Source of the DNA: Candidatus Heimdallarchaeota archaeon
GTDB taxonomy: Archaea; Asgardarchaeota; Heimdallarchaeia; JABLTI01
Length of the DNA stretch: 8,852 bases
Reading direction: 5' to 3'
Assembly (NCBI GenBank): GCA_030614005.1
Contig: JAUWKS010000096.1
Location: 1 to 8,852 of the forward strand
The notes below the pieces were generated by a model that searched no databases, was not told the origin of the DNA, and saw only the letters and a program-made list of their open reading frames with translations. Of the stretch, positions 5,296 through 8,852 are shown in pieces. Within the stretch, counting starts at the first letter, position 1. Every line of letters begins with the position of its first letter. Made by a program: the position numbers and the translations under genes.

Positions 5296-7538
5296 GCAAA
5301 TTCCTCCAATTCAAGTTGTGAAATAGCAATTTCTTTGTAGATATCACATGTTTCCATCAATTCATCATGAGTGCCTTTATTTACGATTTTACCTTCGTCT
5401 ATCACTAGAATTTGCTCTGCATTTTTTATAGTTGAAACACGTTGAGTAACCATTAATACTGTGCTATCACCAGTTTTTTCCTTGAGAGCTTTCCGCAAGG
5501 CAGCGTCAGTTTTAAAGTCTAGAGCAGAAACGCTATCATCGAAAATATATATTGGTGGTTTCTTAACCAGTGCTCGAGCAATAGAAAGACGTTGTTTTTG
5601 TCCACCAGAAACATTCATACCGCCTTGGGCGATTTCACGATCCATTCCTTCAGATTTGTCAAAAACAAACTCAGTAGCTTGTGCAATATCTATTGCAGAT
5701 CTAAGATCTTCATCGTCTGCATTTTCATTTGCAAAAAGTAAATTACTTCCGATGGTACCTGAAAATAAGGAACTTTTTTGTGGAACATAACCTATCTTAT
5801 CCCTTAAATCATGCTGGGTTACTTTCCTAATATCTAAACCATCGATCCGTATTGATCCTGTAGTTACGTCATAGAATCTCGGAATTAGATTTATAACTGT
5901 TGATTTGCCCGATCCTGTTGCTCCGATTAGAGCAGTAGTTTGACCAGGTTGAGCTGTAAAACTAATGTTCTGTAGCACATGTTTCTTCGCCCCCGGATAT
6001 TTGAACGAAACATTTCGGAATTCGATTGTTCCTTTGAAAGATTCTGGAAACGTTTTTGGTTCCTCAGGATCTATTATTGAGGGTTCTGTTTGTAATACTT
6101 CGTTGATACGCCTTCCGGATACCACTGCTCTGGGCAAAATGATAAACATCATTGTTAACATTAGAAATGCAAATACAATCAACATTGCATATTGCATAAA
6201 TGCCATCATATCACCAACTTGCATGGTAGCAGCCTCAACTTCATGAGAACCTATCCAAATAATGCTGATCATTAGCCCGTTCATAATTAACATCATGATT
6301 GGCATCAAAATAACCATCACTCTGTTGATAAATAGTACAACAGATGTCAAATCTTTATTAGCCGTATCAAATCTCTCTTCTTCATACTTTTCTCTATTGA
6401 ATGCTCGAATAACCAGCATACCTATTAGATTTTCACGAGCAACTAAATTGATACGATCAGTTAGCGATTGCATTATGTTGAATTTTGGCACAGCAATGAA
6501 AAAGACAATCAGTACTAGCAATATCAACACACCCACAGCAACTGCGATAAGCCACCACATTGATGCATTTTTATTTAGTGCGCGAATTATTCCACCTATA
6601 CCTAAGATAGGTGCATAGAAAACCATTCGAATTATCATAACAGTAACTGATTGAATCTGAGTAACATCATTAGTAGAACGAGTAATTAACGAAGCAGTGG
6701 AAAAAGAATCAAATTCTATACTTGAAAAATTTTCAACCGTTTGGAATAAATCACTACGAATATCACGTGCCATTCCTGCTGCTGTTCTAGATGCTAGAAA
6801 GCTTACCGAAATTGTACACAACACAGACAGCAAGGTCATTAGCAGCATCAACCCTCCAGCTTTGAGGATATAATTACTCTGTAATTTATCAGTGTCCAGG
6901 CCGATTATTTCATATTCTAATCCTACTGCGAGAGCAGCAATTTGATCGAGCATAATCTCTCCCATTGCTTTGAAATTCTGAGTGATAATATTTGAGAGAA
7001 ACATAAGCTCCTCAAAAGTTAGCATGCTGCTCAAAATATCGAACAAATCTGTTCCAGGAGGAAGAGTTGCTGGATCAATTTCTAGTAATTCCCATATTAA
7101 GGTCGCATTTTCTGGATTTGCCATTGCTTGTTCTAGAGTAAAAACAACTACAAAGGGTTCTACGAATATTTGATGAAGCTCATCGTTCTTATCTTGTTTA
7201 ATATCATTTAAAACATAAATAGATTCATTCTCAAGTATTGGGTAGTCATTAATATAGGAATCATAATCTGTTGAGTTTTCATCTACCAACGTATATTCTG
7301 CAAGTACGGTTGTTTGATTATCAGGGTGTGTGAAAATGAAGATTCGATCCAACAACTCACTTTGACGAATTGCTACAGGGACAGCATTTTCAACCCCACC
7401 TTGTTGGATACCTGTATCAACTATATCGGATAGATAATCAGGTAATGCTAAGTCAAGGTTTGCTTGTGCAGCTAATAAGCCAATGGAAAAAAGAACCAAA
7501 AGCAGATATGGTTTTGTATATTTTAATATTTTAAACAT
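5292..7538 (-). CDS. ABC exporter permease/ATP-binding subunit, TM287-like (degenerate subunit), with a large extracytoplasmic insertion
   Basis: Transmembrane domain plus Walker A GATGSGKS, Q-loop YVPQ, signature VSGGQ, Walker B IYIFDD (Asp in place of the catalytic Glu) and switch VTQR (Gln in place of His). SD GGAG at 7548-7551. Confidence 0.95.
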   Translation of the reverse strand: MFKILKYTKPYLLLVLFSIGLLAAQANLDLALPDYLSDIVDTGIQQGGVENAVPVAIRQSELLDRIFIFTHPDNQTTVLAEYTLVDENSTDYDSYINDYPILENESIYVLNDIKQDKNDELHQIFVEPFVVVFTLEQAMANPENATLIWELLEIDPATLPPGTDLFDILSSMLTFEELMFLSNIITQNFKAMGEIMLDQIAALAVGLEYEIIGLDTDKLQSNYILKAGGLMLLMTLLSVLCTISVSFLASRTAAGMARDIRSDLFQTVENFSSIEFDSFSTASLITRSTNDVTQIQSVTVMIIRMVFYAPILGIGGIIRALNKNASMWWLIAVAVGVLILLVLIVFFIAVPKFNIMQSLTDRINLVARENLIGMLVIRAFNREKYEEERFDTANKDLTSVVLFINRVMVILMPIMMLIMNGLMISIIWIGSHEVEAATMQVGDMMAFMQYAMLIVFAFLMLTMMFIILPRAVVSGRRINEVLQTEPSIIDPEEPKTFPESFKGTIEFRNVSFKYPGAKKHVLQNISFTAQPGQTTALIGATGSGKSTVINLIPRFYDVTTGSIRIDGLDIRKVTQHDLRDKIGYVPQKSSLFSGTIGSNLLFANENADDEDLRSAIDIAQATEFVFDKSEGMDREIAQGGMNVSGGQKQRLSIARALVKKPPIYIFDDSVSALDFKTDAALRKALKEKTGDSTVLMVTQRVSTIKNAEQILVIDEGKIVNKGTHDELMETCDIYKEIAISQLELEEFA

Positions 7539-7564
7539 AGTTTTTTACTCCAGATATAAAATAA

Positions 7565-8110
7565 TTATTCTGTTTTATTTTCCTCTTCTTGAAATTTAAT
7601 ATCAAATTTTTTAGCCAAATCTTTGAGAGATTTGAGAGTATTTTCAATTATCGTTTCTGTTTCTGTGGGAGCTTCTTTTGCTAACAGCATAATCATAAGC
7701 TGAATACTCCTCATTTTTTCTGTAATAGCGCAAATTCTCTTTTGAAAAATTTCTGATTCCTCTATATTCTCTATTTCACCCACCATTTGAGCAAATGAAA
7801 GAAATTGAGCAAAATTCTTCATCATATGCTTTTTCATTTCCTTACGAATCTCTTCGAAGGATTTTCGTCCTCGTTTTGTTATTGAATATACTTTCTGAGC
7901 GCGTCCTTTCTCGATTCTTTCCTCAATAGAAACCATTTTTTCGCTTTCCAAAGAGCGTAATGAATTATAAACCGCTGTTTGACTTGGTCTCCATCCATGC
8001 TTTTCCTCTATAGACGAAGTCAGCGCATAACCATGCATAGGTCCCTCTAGTACTATTTGCATAAGAATTAGAGAATCGAGTATTTTGGTTGGGGAGAATA
8101 TAGGAATCAT
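7565..8110 (-). CDS. PadR-family winged-helix transcriptional regulator
   Basis: PadR pattern LILMQIVLEGPMHGYAL...PSQTAVYNSLRSLESEKMV...GRAQKVYSITKRG with a C-terminal helical dimerisation region. It is the first gene of the exporter operon, 26 nt from the next start. Confidence 0.92.
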   Translation of the reverse strand: MIPIFSPTKILDSLILMQIVLEGPMHGYALTSSIEEKHGWRPSQTAVYNSLRSLESEKMVSIEERIEKGRAQKVYSITKRGRKSFEEIRKEMKKHMMKNFAQFLSFAQMVGEIENIEESEIFQKRICAITEKMRSIQLMIMLLAKEAPTETETIIENTLKSLKDLAKKFDIKFQEEENKTE

Positions 8111-8130
8111 TAGCGATGTGAAATCTGTGT

Positions 8131-8153
8131 CATATAAAAAAATTGTTATATAC
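8131..8153 (-). promoter_or_regulatory. Candidate TATA box and overlapping inverted-repeat operator of the padR-ABC operon
   Basis: TTTATATG on - (8138-8131) ends 20 nt before ATG 8110. The palindrome ATATAA-N8-TTATAT spans 8132-8151. Confidence 0.4.
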
Positions 8154-8340
8154 TTAATAAATGGTAAGACTTCGCATCATTTTGCTGTTTGAAGGGAGAG
8201 AAAAAGGTTAGCATTTATTAGATACTTATTTCCAAACAATTTTATCTGTATACCAATCTTCTAACGCATCTGGAAGATTTCCTTGTAGTGCGGAACGAGT
8301 ATTATTATGTGTAAAAGAAGAGTAAGATAAGATGGTGTTC

Positions 8341-8727
8341 TTATCTCATTCTGTCTAAAAAGTATTTATTTGGTTTATAGGTAAGCGGCCATTCGGGTTC
8401 ATTATCCAATATTTCTTCAATCTGTTCTATGATATCCTTAGATAATGTTACATCAGAAGCTTTAACGTTTTCAATAACATGCTCTGGTTTTGATGCACCA
8501 ATTATTGCTGCAGAAATTTCAGGACGTCTTAGAATCCAAGCTAAAGCTAGCTGGCTCACTGTAATATCAATTGTTTTTGCTAGCTCGCCAAGTTTTTTGA
8601 TTTTCAACAGATTTTCATCAGTGAGGTATTTTTTAATTGATTCAGACCTACTTCCTTCTGGAATGCCATCATTGTATTTTCCAGTCAGCAATCCTTGACC
8701 CAACGGAGACCAGACTGTAAAGCCCAT
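8341..8727 (-). pseudogene. Aldo/keto reductase, C-terminal fragment (5'-truncated or interrupted)
   Basis: AKR motifs WSPLGQGLLTGKY, QLALAWIL and IIGAS..EH..EN are present. In-frame stops lie just upstream (TAG 8733-8731, TAA 8742-8740), and the upstream 125 nt encode no AKR-like sequence in any frame. The N-terminal catalytic Asp/Tyr/Lys/His region is absent. Confidence 0.8.
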
Positions 8728-8852
8728 GGTCTATCTTGGTTAACGCACTCTTAAAGAGTTGGTGTTAACTTTTGACTTTCTGCGAGTCCGCCCAACTCCA
8801 GAATGATTCTGGAGGAACTTTCGTTTGACGTTTGGCTGTCTGTCGCTAAAAA
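8728..8852. mobile_element. Candidate end of an inserted element interrupting the AKR gene (family unassigned)
   Basis: Abrupt junction with AKR coding sequence, about 44% GC (55/125 by hand count) against AT-rich surroundings, and several inverted repeats. No transposase is visible inside the window. Confidence 0.4.

Noticed and set aside
4601-7173. Plus-strand ORFs 4601..4837, 5461..5790, 5965..6246, 6262..6618 and 6982..7173
   Set aside because: All are antisense to the ABC genes. Open antisense frames are a common by-product of ABC/membrane-protein codon usage, and none has a recognisable domain.
8226-8345. Start-less 39-codon minus-strand frame (DKNTILSYSSFTHNNTRSALQGNLPDALEDWYTDKIVWK*) between AKR and padR
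   Set aside because: It looks protein-like and may be a gene remnant, but it has no start codon and no family I recognise. A tblastn search would settle it.
8429-8698. 89-aa plus-strand ORF
   Set aside because: Antisense shadow of the AKR fragment.
367-8727. RiPP or lipopeptide cluster hypothesis (radical SAM + acyltransferase + ABC exporter + reductase + PadR)
   Set aside because: The radical SAM is SplB-like with no SPASM/twitch Cys motifs or RRE, and no precursor peptide or protease is visible. The acyltransferase has its own promoter, and the exporter operon is convergent and separated by a terminator. The AKR is broken.
8728-8852. Group I or group II intron end, or CRISPR repeat, as the explanation for the AKR interruption
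   Set aside because: There is no domain V (AGC/CGC triad hairpin) or group I P7 context. GTGCG occurs on the minus strand only about 16 nt from the junction, which is the wrong position for an intron 5' end. No repeated unit is present.

Overview
AT-rich window, probably archaeal. That assignment is inferred from a clean BRE+TATA promoter at 2117-2130, a candidate leaderless TATA promoter at 8131-8138 and a PIP-box-like motif; the lineage cannot be fixed from this window. On the + strand are a decayed Cys-rich gene (in-frame TAA plus a frameshift, about 229-701), a spore-photoproduct-lyase-like radical SAM gene and a 363-aa tandem-GNAT acyltransferase. On the - strand are a PadR regulator heading a translationally coupled TM287/TM288-type heterodimeric ABC exporter, and an aldo/keto reductase whose 5' part is replaced at 8727/8728 by a structured, more GC-rich foreign segment. 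Two observations stand out. (1) The tandem GNAT aligns by eye, block by block and to the same C-terminal register, with eukaryotic glycylpeptide N-myristoyltransferase (NMT), an enzyme classically regarded as eukaryote-specific. (2) The radical SAM protein carries a PCNA-interacting (PIP)-box-like insertion and a C-terminal PolX/Pol-beta-like helical (HhH) domain, suggesting a clamp-associated DNA-repair radical SAM enzyme. All family comparisons are from memory and need HMM or structure searches.
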